Of a stretch of 64,000 nucleotides of DNA, positions 12,001-24,000 are shown in pieces. Made by a program: the position numbers and the translations under genes. Source of the stretch: Macrostomum lignano (Eukaryota); the NCBI GenBank assembly GCA_002269645.1, contig NIVC01000712.1:62001-126000 (forward strand), written 5' to 3'. A model generated the notes under the pieces. The model was not told the DNA's origin and ran no database searches. It worked only from the letters and a program-made list of their open reading frames with translations. Position 1 is the first letter of the stretch. Each line of letters starts with the position of its first letter.

Positions 12001-15000
12001 CCCTATCTCCTCTCTTCTCCTTCCTCTCTCCCGTCTTTTCTCTTTTCCTTCTGTCTTCTCTCCTCTTTCCCTTTTTCTCCGCTTTCCTCTCTCCCCTCTT
12101 CTCTCCTCTCTTCTTTTTCCTCTCTCCCGTCTTTTCTCTTTTCCTTCTGTCTTCTCTCCTCTCTCCCTTTTTCTCCGCTTTCCTCTCTCCCCTCTTCTCT
12201 CCTCTCTTCTTTTTCCTCTCTCCCGTCTTTTCTCTTTTCCTTCTGTCTTCTCTCCTCTCTCCCTTTTTCTCCGCTTTCCTCTCTCCCCTCTTCTCTCCTC
12301 CCCCTGTCTTCTCTCCTCTCTTCTTTTTCCTCTCTCCCCTCTCCTCTCGCTTCTCCCTCCCCTATTATCTCCTCATATCCTCCATCTTTTCTCTCATCCT
12401 ACCTGCGTATCGCTTGCGCCCACCCCTCTCTCCTCTTATCTACTATTCCCTCTCCTTATCAGTCTAATCTGGCCCGCGGCCATGAGCTGGATTCTTTATT
12501 ATCTAGCCATTGGCTTAAGGTAAAAAAGTTTGCAGACCCACTTGCTATAAACAATGATACGTGCATCAAGCAAGGTAAACTACAGGAGGGTAATAGAGGT
12601 ACAATTAGTAGGCTAGGAAGCTAATAAACCGGCTCTAATCCAGATACGCAAGCAGCTAGCAAAGGATTACTTGAGTGACAAAGGTTCGCTCTTTCGGATC
12701 GCCCTGGAAATGATGATGATGCTTCGGATAGCCCTGATGCTCGCAGCCTCCTCCGTCGCCTGCGGCACCGGCCTCAGCCATCTCCATCATGGCCATGGGC
12801 TTGGAGATATTGTCATCGGAGTAGTCCGCAGGCTTTTATTGGAAAAAAATAAGTACGCATTGAACTTTTCAAGTGATAAAATTTTATTAGGGGACATTTG
12901 AAGGTCACGGATACAAACAAGACAATGTACTATTGATCAGACACAGTCGCTACAAACTCTCACCTCCGTTCGGTGCTCGTGAACGGCAGTTCCACCACCG
13001 CCGCCATTGTAGCCGCCGTGCAATTGGCCGGCGTGAATCTGCTGCTTGTTCTCACGGATGACGTCATATTTGTGATCAACAGACGGCAGGTTGGAGTTCT
13101 GCGTTTCGTGATTGGTTGAGATTATTTTAGAGACAAGTGATGCGAAGAATTTCAACAATTATATATTGCAGTTACAGCTTATCACCACCCAGCTTACCCT
13201 CTTCGTGAGGCTTTCCTGAAGCATTCTAGGATCAACGTAGGTAAATCCTTTGGACTTGCGCTGCAATGCAATTTGTGACGGGTGATCATTAGGGATCTGT
13301 GTAGATTGCTTTGGGATCTGTGTAGATTGCTTAGGGATCTGTGTATATTGCTTTGGGATCTGTGTAGATTGCTTAGGGATCTGTGTAGATTGCTTAGGGA
13401 TCTGTGTAGATTGCTTAGGGATCTGTGTAGGGGACCACTAAAAAGGGATCTGTGGGGATCACTAATAAGGGATCTGTGGGGATCACTAAAAAGGGATCTG
13501 TGGGGATCACTAACAAGGGATCTGTGGGGATCACTAATAAGGGATCTGTGGGGATCACTAACAAGGGATCTGTGGGGATCACTAATAAGGGATCTGTGGG
13601 GATCACTAACAAGGGATCTGTGGGGATCACTAATAAGGGATCTGTGGGGACCACTAACAAGGGATCTGTGGGGACCACTAAAAAGGGATCTGTGGGGATC
13701 TTAAAAGATCTGATGGGGATTTTTATGATCCCAACCAGTTTTTTAGGATTGACTTCAATTTTGAAGGGATTTTTGGGAACTATTATAGATAGGAATAATT
13801 TCAAGATTTAGGGCTAAGTTTAAAGAATGATACACAATAGAAATCAGCACTCACGTCCATAACTCCGGTCTTTCCGCTTCGCCGTACGGAATCCTCGCTA
13901 GCCAGACACACTGGAGTCCACTCGTCGCCAGGAGGATATTTGAAGGGCGTCTGGCCGAGATTGACAAACAGAGTCTGGTCCCGCATGCTCACTGTGGGAT
14001 AGAATGCCTCCTGGCTGAGCACTTGGCTGGGCAGCTGGTAGGCGGGGCCCATCAGGGCGCTGTTGCGAGCGAACTGCATCTGGCCGTGGTCCAGATCTAA
14101 GAAGCAGCCAACAACGTCGCCTTTGCCAAACGGTTCGCCATAGCTGTCAATCTCGTCTGAGTGCATCTTTTTGCCTTGATTGCCGGCCAGCCCGAAGCCG
14201 TCGGGATCGGCGCCGTAGCCCCAGCCGGCGGCGTCTCGGCCGATGTCCAGGCCGCCCGACTCGGTGGTCCAGCCGGCTCTGGACAGGCCGCGGGCCTCCT
14301 GCGGCTCCACCTCGTAGTAGAACCGGCCGCCAGCCCGACCGCGGAGACCTTTGTTGGCGCGGACGCCCTGGTTGGTGTTGACGGTTGGATGACTGATTTA
14401 TGCTTGATTGATGACTGGTTGATGACGATTGACAAGAGGTTGATGATGGTTGATGATGGCTGATGATGATTGATGATGATTGTTGATGGTCAATGATGAT
14501 TGATGATAGCTAATGGTGTTTGGTGATGATTGATGACGGTTGATAATAGATTTACAGTGAGAGCTGATAGATAACTGATTGCTAGTTGACTATAGATGCC
14601 GGCTGATGCAAATGCACAACAGTTGCAACTCCCGCGCCCACCTGCCAGCCGAAGCCCAGCTGACTCTGCGCAGAGGCACCGTCGGGTCCCAGCGTCAGTC
14701 CGGGGCCGCTGGTGTCGTGCTGATTCAGCCGCCAGGCGCGCGGATTCTCGGCCTGTTGATTGGCCGGCGCCAAACCGACGGGCCGCCAGACGCCGGCCGG
14801 CCGGTACAGCAGCGGCCTGGCCGGATCGTCGCCGAAGTTCCAGTGGGCGGCGGCGCCGGGGGCGAGGCAGGCGGCCGGGTAGAACACCTCACGGCGCATG
14901 TCGTGCGGCAATTCGTAGGCGAGGCCCAACTCTTTGCCATTGACTGAGTACAGCACAGAGCCGCCGTCTAAGTCGACGAAAACTCCGACAACGTCGCCGC

Positions 15001-18000
15001 TGGCTAGACGATCGCCGTAGGCCTCGGCGACGCCGCGGTTGTACTTTTCGCCGTTGGCCCCGTAGCCGAAACCGTGGGCGTCGTCGCCTAGGCGCAGACT
15101 GGCGGAGCTGGTCGACCAGCCAACTCTGGCTGGCACAGGCTGATCGCCGGCAGGTGTTGCCATGGTAACCGTGGCTTCGTAGTACCACTGGCCGCCGTTG
15201 CAAACTCCGCGATCGGTACGGCAGCCCTGGGATAGGAATGCGTCATTGTTGATAAATGCAGTTTTTAATACCATTGACTCTATCAAATTAAAGTACACGT
15301 GTGACTAAAGTACAAATGTGCCAGTTCTAGAGTACAGATGTATTAGTTTAAATAGTTTTTTATTACAGGGTCGCCACACACACCCTCAATTACCCTAGCT
15401 AAAACCTGATACCCATTTTGCAGCTGGGTGAACTGAAGCAATGCAGAGTTACGAGTAAGTGTCTTGCTTAAGGACACGAGTTGTTCCAAGTAGGTTGATA
15501 ATCGAATCCCCGACTTTTCAGTGGTAAGCCCGACACTAAACTACTAGGCTGAAATCCCTCAAAACACACACTAGTACACATGTACTAGTTCAAAAAGTAC
15601 ACATGTACTAGTTCAAAAAGTACACATGCACTAGTTCAAAAAGTACACATGTACTAGTTCAAAAAGTACACATGCACTAATTCAAAAAGTACACATGTAC
15701 TTGTTCAAAAAGTACACATGTACTAGTTCAAAAAGTACACATGTACTAGTTCAAAAAGTACACATGTACTAGTTCAAAAAGTACACATGTACTAGCTCAA
15801 AAAGCACATTTAAATAGTGCACACAGCAGAGCTTATAGCTGATGGAAAATTAAAGCAGCTCACCTGCCAATCAGGCGCCCCGACGGGACAGGCGCCAACT
15901 GATCGGCCAGAGTCCAGACTGGCTGACAGCATTGGCTCAGCGTCGGCCGGAGACATGTGCCAACGGGACGGCCGTTCAACCACCAGCTCAGGTCGACGGT
16001 CCATCTGATCGCGTTGCTGCTGCTGCTGCATTTGCATCTGTTGCTGGCGCCACAAGGTGACGTCGCTAATAGTGCCGTCCCCGGCGCCGCCGTAGATGTT
16101 GCCGCGAGATCCGTTGGCAGCGGCGGCTCGCAGCTCGCGATTGTAGGCGTCCTCTGAGGAATTTGAATTCAATGTTACAAGGATTTGCAATTTGGAATGA
16201 AATTGAAGCCTGCAGCATTGAGACTTAATTTTGAAGGATTTTATACCTGAGAAGGGTTTTGGATTAGGGATTTGGGGAGGATTATGGATAAGAAAATTAT
16301 GGAGTTGAATAGGATTAGGGACTTGAGGAGGATTAGGGATTTGAGAACTAGGGATTTTAAAAGGATTGGGGATCCCGTGTGGCCATCTGATCAGGTTTTT
16401 CGCCCGGTAGGCGATCGGGATTTTTGCCCGGTTTGTAATACATTTTTTTCTATCTAAAAACCCGAAAATCCTCGGGAAAGTGGTCTCGAAAACGGACGAA
16501 GACGGCAGTTTCGTCTGGTTGTTCGTCAGGAATTTCGTAGAGGACATCAGGTATTTTCTCGGGTTTCTCTTCGGCTACTCAAACTGATGAGTACCCTGAA
16601 TAAAACCCGACAAATGACCGGATGAAAGTGCAATAGCAGAACCCGGCAAATAACCGGGGCAAAATCAGACTAAAACCTAACGAAAGCGACACGACGACCC
16701 AACCGGACGAATATCTGGAGCAAAATCAGACTAAAACCTAACGAAAGCGACACGACGACCCAACCGGACGAATATCTGGAGCAAAATCAGACTAAAACCT
16801 AACGAAAGCGACACGACGACCCAACCGGACGAATATCTGGAGCAAAATCAGACTAAAACCTAACGAAAGCGACACGACGACCCAACCGGACGAATATCTG
16901 GAGCAAAATCAGACTAAAACCTAACGAAAGCGACACGACGACCCAACCGGACGAATATCTGGAGCAAAATCAGACTAAAACCTAACGAAAGCGACACGAC
17001 GACCCAACCGGACGAATATCTGGAGCAAAATCAGACTAAAACCTAACAAAAGCGACACGACGACCCAACCGGACGAATATCTGGAGCAAAATCAGACTAA
17101 AACCTAACAAAAGCGACACGACGACCCAACCGGACGAATACCCGGAGCAAAATCAGACTAAAACCTAACGAAAGCGACACGACGACCCAACCGGACGAAT
17201 ATCCGGAGCAAAATCAGACTAAAACCTAACGAAAGCGACACGACGACCCAACCGGACGAATATCTGGAGCAAAATCAGACTAAAACCTAACGAAAGCGAC
17301 ACGACGACCCAACCGGACGAATATCTGGAGCAAAATCAGACTAAAACCTAACAAAAGCGACACGACGACCCAACCGGACGAATACCCGGAGCAAAATCAG
17401 ACTAAAACCTAACGAAAGCGACACGACGACCCAACCGGACGAATATCTGGAGCAAAATCAGACTAAAACCTAACGAAAGCGACACGACGACCCAACCGGA
17501 CGAATATCTGGAGCAAAATCAGACTAAAACCTAACGAAAGCGACACGACGACCCAACCGGACGAATATCTGGAGCAAAATCAGACTAAAACCTAACGAAA
17601 GCGACACGACGACCCAACCGGACGAATATCTGGAGCAAAATCAGACTAAAACCTAACGAAAGCGACACGACGACCCAACCGGACGAATATCTGGAGCAAA
17701 ATCAGACTAAAACCTAACGAAAGCGACACGACGACCCAACCGGACGAATATCTGGAGCAAAATCAGACTAAAACCTAACAAAAGCGACACGACGACCCAA
17801 CCGGACGAATATCTGGAGCAAAATCAGACTAAAACCTAACGAAAGCGACACGACGACCCAACCGGACGAATATCTGGAGCAAAATCAGACTAAAACCTAA
17901 CGAAAGCGACACGACGACCCAACCGGACGAATATCTGGAGCAAAATCAGACTAAAACCTAACGAAAGCGACACGACGACCCAACCGGACGAATACCCGGA

Positions 18001-21000
18001 GCAAAATCAGACTAAAACCTAACAAAAGCGACACGACGACCCAACCGGACGAATATCTGGAGCAAAATCAGACTAAAACCTAACGAAAGCGACACGACGA
18101 TCAAACCGGACGAAAAACCCTGCATCCCTATCAAATTGTGTCTACTCTCGGAAATATGTAGTGCCGACTTAGTAAAACATCTACAGTGCGCTTCTGTCAA
18201 CGGATACCGTGAAGAGTGAAGAAGTAAGACAATTGTCAGTGTTAATACAAAATATGTAACGTTCCATCTTGCAATTCATCAAACTGTTCCAAATCACCTA
18301 CAAGATCAATATACTCCTCTGTTTTTTTATTCCAAAGATGTTGTAGAATACAGTCAGTAGGCGCATAGTCGCTAGTCATCTAGGCGCATAAATGCGGGAA
18401 TTTAAAATCACTTCTGACTGGCCAAAAGTATGTTGGAATCCCACAGTAGCATGCAGCCTTCAGAAATGTGTGCGATGACAGCATTAAAATGACATATTTT
18501 TATTCTCAGTTTACGTGAACTACGCTCGTAATGTAACATACGAAGACGCTCATATGGTATATATAAAGATGAGCGGAAAAAATACTGCAAGAGAACAAAA
18601 CAGGAGCACATTACAGGACATGCAATTACAAGAAAATCTTCATGTCAATTGTCAATTATACACTGTGTCTCCCATACCATTTTCAACCCAATCCTGAATT
18701 AAAGGCTTTCATCAGCTCTTTTCTCCGGCTCTTGTCCGGTCGAAGAACCAGAGAAAGAACCGGGCAAAATTCCAGGCGGAATTGTTATTTCATCCGCTTT
18801 TACTCCGGATTTGCCTGCGTTACTAAACTGGTTCCAAACCTGGCGAAGGACCGGGTAAAAAACCAGAGCACTCGTACGGTTTTTCCTCCGGAATTTCGCC
18901 TGGTTTAGAAAGGCAGAGAAAAACCGGATAAATTCGCCTGGTTTATGTTCTTCGCCTGGAAATGGGGCAAAAAACATAAGCAAGCCAGAGCAAAACCGGG
19001 CGAAAAACCTGATCGGATGGCCACACGGGATTTAAAGACTACGGATTTAAATAGGATTAGGGATTTGAGGAAGATTAGGGATTTGAGGACGACTAGGGAT
19101 TTGAATAGGATTAAGGATTTGAGGAGGAGGATTAGGGATTTAAAGACTACGGATTTGAATAGGATTAGGGATCTGGGGAGGACTAGGGATTTAAAAAGGA
19201 TTACGGATTCGAAGATAATTAGAGATTTGAAGTCAACTACAGAATTATACTGAAGTATAAGGACAGTCAGAGAAATTGAGATTCAATACCAAGGATTTTG
19301 AATTTGAAGGATTTTGGATTTGAAGGGGCTCAGGGTTCGGGATTCTTAACTGGGATTCGAATTGCATAATATTTGAATCACACCTTTCTGTCTGAAGCTC
19401 TTGCGCATATCGCTAGTAACGGGCATCTCCTGATAGTTGCCGTAGGTCTGATCGTTGAGCTGGTCGCGAGTCGGCCCAGTGTAATTCCATTTGTTCTTGA
19501 ATGTGCCAGGAATCAGCGGCTTGGACGGCTTCTCCGGCGATTTGAGTCTGCGCGGGTTGAGCCATAGTAACGGATTAGGCGAGCTTTAGATTGTGCAGAG
19601 ATGAATACGGTAGGGAATTAACAATGACTATAGGGAGAGGCCGATGGGACGGCTCAGAGGGAAATAACAGCTTGGATAATCCAGGCATTAATCCAGTAGA
19701 TATTATTGATTATCTAAGGGTTAATCCAGTAGGGATTATCGATAAAGGATTATTGATTATTGAAGAATTAACCAGTAGAGATTATCTATAATCCAAGATT
19801 ATTGATTATCTAAGGATTAATCCGGTAGAGATTATCGATAATCCAACGATTATTGATTATCTAAGGATTAATTCAGTAGAGATGATCTATATTTAAGGAT
19901 TATTGATTATTCAATAAAGATTATTGATTATCCAGTAAAGATTACCGATAATCCAAGGATTATTGATTATTGAAGGATTAATCCAGTAGAGATTATCTAT
20001 AATCCAAGGATTATTGCTAGTCTAAGGATTAATCCAGTAAAGATTATTGATAATCCGGAAGCGAACGTCAATAATCCAAGGATTAACTAAGCAAGGATTA
20101 GCCATAATCCAGGGATAAGCACTTCGGGGATGAAAAAAAGTCTTGAACTTCAAGCAAAGCAAAGCGTTAAACCAAAGCTCTCAAAGTTATTCCTCACCGG
20201 AAGAAGCCGTGATGCTCAACCACAGCCCGCCACAACCGCTTGGCCAGCTTAGCCGAGGCGCACTTGAACTCAACCACAGTCTCAGCTTTCGAGTCGCGCT
20301 CCGACTCAGTCCTGATGCCAATCTTGAGCGTATTCCGCTTATAGGACACTTTGAGAATCTTTGGCCAAGAGTAGCGACCAATCCGCAGGCTGTTGCGGTA
20401 CACCAGCACGCCCGAATGATACACGCCAACAAAGACCTCCTCGCCCATGCTGTCCTTGGCCTCGTGCATGTCCAATCCGTACATAGCCAGCTTCTTGGCA
20501 TTCTGCAAGAAATGCATATCGGCCTCCTCGGGCGTCATGCCCTGGTGAGTTTTGTGCAACTCGCTGACTCGTTCCATGAGTTCGCGATGACTGCGGAATT
20601 CCTCCGGACAGAATGGACAGTCCTGCAGGTACAGCAGGCTGGTCATCTTCTCGTCGCTTGGCTCAAAATCGCCGATCTCGGATTGGACAACGTAGCTGCC
20701 CAAGATGATGTAGGTGATGAAGGAGCAGGGCAAGGCGTCGGCCATGAGATTCTGGCGAATCTGGAGAGCCATGTAGTAGCGGGTGAGATTCTCGCGGAGA
20801 TTCTCCGGATCGGGCGGATAGAACTTCACCATGAAGTCCAGCTTCCATTCGTTCTCTGCGGATTTTTAGGGGGGGGGTGGGTGTCGAGCTGCCTGTTTTG
20901 CTGCGGTTAATTAAAGTGCTCTTTGTACTCTAATTTCCCTTTTCTACATCAGAAGCGTCCAGAGTGACAGTGGCGTGACAATCACGTGACGGTATCGTGG

Positions 21001-24000
21001 CAATCACGTGACGGTATCGTGACAATCACGTGACAGTATCGTGGCAATCACGTGACAGTATCGTGGCAATCACGTGACGGTATTGTGACAATCACGTGAC
21101 GGCATTGTGACAATCACGTGACGGTGTCGTGACAGTCACGTGACAATTATGTGACAGTATCGTGACAATCACGTGACAATATCGTGACAATCACGTGACA
21201 GTATCGTGGCAATCACGTGACGGTATCGTGGCAATCACGTGACGGTATCGTGACAATCACGTGACAGTATCGTGGCAATCACGTGACAGTATCGTGGCAA
21301 TCACGTGACGGTATTGTGACAATCACGTGACGGTATTGTGACAATCACGTGACAGTGTCGTGACAATCAAGTGACAGTGTCGTCGTAATCACGTGACAGT
21401 ATCGTGACAATTATGTGACAGTATCGTGACAATCACGTGACAATCACGTGACAGTATCGTGACAATCACGTGACAGTATTGCGACAAAAAACACGTGATG
21501 GGAGTCAGGATACAAGCTATTTTTACACAATCACTTGACAGACACAAACAACCTGGAAAATTGTATTTTATAGGAAATACGGTACTCTAAGATAACGAAA
21601 AATATGTTGATAATGCCATAACTATTGATAGAACGGATTTCCAGGCACGCCAAGGAAACTCTCAATAGTAAATACCAAGCAACAGTACTGAGATAAAAGT
21701 ACAGCGCTAGGTTCTATAGTATTAGCGGGCAGGCAGACAGACAGACAGATCCCAGACAGGGAGATCGGGGGAGAAATGTACAGAGCAGAGAAGAGGGATA
21801 GAAAAGATCAATGTGGGTTTGGTGGCTCAGCGCGCATCGCATCTGACAGTCCACTCACACTGCTCAAACTTCTTATATAAAAATGTGAGCAATAGGAAAT
21901 ACTGTTAGTACGTATGCATCATAATCATTTTTTCTAAAATCTAAATCCCTAAGGGAGATTCCGCTAGGCGCAGAATTGAACCCACCTACCCGACTAAGCC
22001 TTCTACTTAAACTGAGTGTTCCCCAAAAATGGCAGCCTTAAAAATATCCCTCTTGCATCTGGGGGAGTGAGGGAAACAGAAGGGCTGGGGGATGGGAGGG
22101 GAGACGCGTTAAGGCAGCTCTCTGACTCAGCCAGTGGTGGTTGAGATGTGCAGAGAAACGTAGAATGCTGTCGATGATTGTGCAGGCAAACCCAATTCAT
22201 CTCCTCATCTGACTGTCCCGACAGACTCCGATAATGCCTTAAACATAGCAATAGTGATCCTCAAGTGTGACCATGATGTGACCGTCAATTTGACTTGCGA
22301 AAGATGAAAATACTGTCATTGTGACCCTTGTGTGTTATTCCAGTCACATTTGACGGTCACATTTGAGGGCCACATGAGCGACCATTTGTTTGGCGGTCAC
22401 ATTTGAGGGCCACATGAGTGACCATTTGTTTGACGGTCACATCGCAGGGTCACATGAGTGAACATTTGTTTGACGGTCACATTTGAGGGCCACATGAGTG
22501 ACCATTTGTTTGACGGTCACATCGCAGGGTCACATGAGTGACCATTTGTTTGACGGTCACATTTGAGGGCCACATGAGTGACCATTTGTTTGACGGTCAC
22601 ATCGCAGGGTCACATGAGTGACCATTTGTTTGACGGTCACATTTGAGGGCCACATGAGTGACCATTTGTTTGACGGTCACATTTGAGGGCCACATGAGTG
22701 ACCATTTGTTTGACGGTCACATCGCAGGGTCACATGAGTGACCATTTGTTTGACGGTCACATTTGAGGGCCACATGAGTGACCATTTGTTTGACGGTCAC
22801 ATCGCAGGGTCACATGAGTGACCATTTGTTTGACGGTCACATTTGAGGGCCACATGAGTGACCATTTGTTTGACGGTCACATTTGAGGGCCACATGAGTG
22901 ACCATTTGTTTGACGGTCACATAAGCGACCGTTAATTTGACGGTTACATCCAAGCGTCACAATAGAGGGTCACATGCAATTTGCTTTGTTTTAACTGTCA
23001 TCAAAACGGTCACATAGTCAAAATGTGACCGGTCCCAGTTTTATACAGGACAGAAAGCCGAAAACAGTGAAAGCGAAAGTCGAAATGAGGTCGAATGGGA
23101 AGATGCAAAAGCCCCCCTTCCCCTAATTCCTATAGAACGCCAGACGGGCCTGTTAAGATCTCTTAACAACCCCCTCTAGTTGATGGCTACCAGAGTCGGG
23201 CAGGCAGACAGGCAGGCCGCATGTGTCAGGGTGTGTGTGTGTGTGGAGTGGAGCCGATTGGAGAGGAGGGTAGGGTAAGGGTGTAGAAAATAGCTGCACA
23301 TATTGTGAAGGGGAGAGAAAAGGGAGTATACATACATACATATATATCCCTTATAATATATAAGCCATAGTCCGCCCAGCAGAACCTACAGACTGGCTAC
23401 AAGATCTGCTGACTGCCAATGCACAAAACATTCCTTTTAACAAATTGCAACAAATGCTTTTTCTAGTCTGCAGTAGTATATTCTAACCACAACTGTATTC
23501 ATCATATATATATAAGCCATATATATCGTACAGTAAAAATAGATTTACACATCTTAGTATAGGCGATGAATAGATACTAACACGGGTCTAACCTTTGCTA
23601 AAAAAGATATATTTACTTCCTAAAATTAGCATCTAGTCAGCAGACTCCATGCGTACATTATATAGATTACTAAAACAAAAATACGAACTAGCTCAGCTTT
23701 CAGGACTGCTGTGATTTATTATTAGAGACAGAGAGCTATGTGCATCTATGGCGCAATTTAAGCGACATTGTCAATACAACCAGTAAGAGGCAGTAATTCC
23801 ACGGACTCCCCTGAGCAGGCACACACTCACACAGTGGTGTACAGCGGCTGTAACTTTATTTATCGTTAGGCATGTACACTTGCCTTAGAGGGTTGGCTCT
23901 TAAAGGCGCAAATAAACAAATAAACAAACAGCAAACACTTACTGCCAATCTGCTTGCCAAGTTTCTTCTCGCCGTTAAGCCAGTACTGTAATAAAAATAA

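Noticed and set aside
13801-15298. Independent nested SPRY gene, or a DDX1 gene
   Set aside because: No helicase motifs nearby and no credible own start; the splice sites join the SPRY exons in frame to FERM-gene exons on both sides.
16657-18112. CRISPR-like appearance of regular repeats (also other arrays)
   Set aside because: Units are head-to-tail with no unique spacers, there are no cas genes, and the context is eukaryotic.
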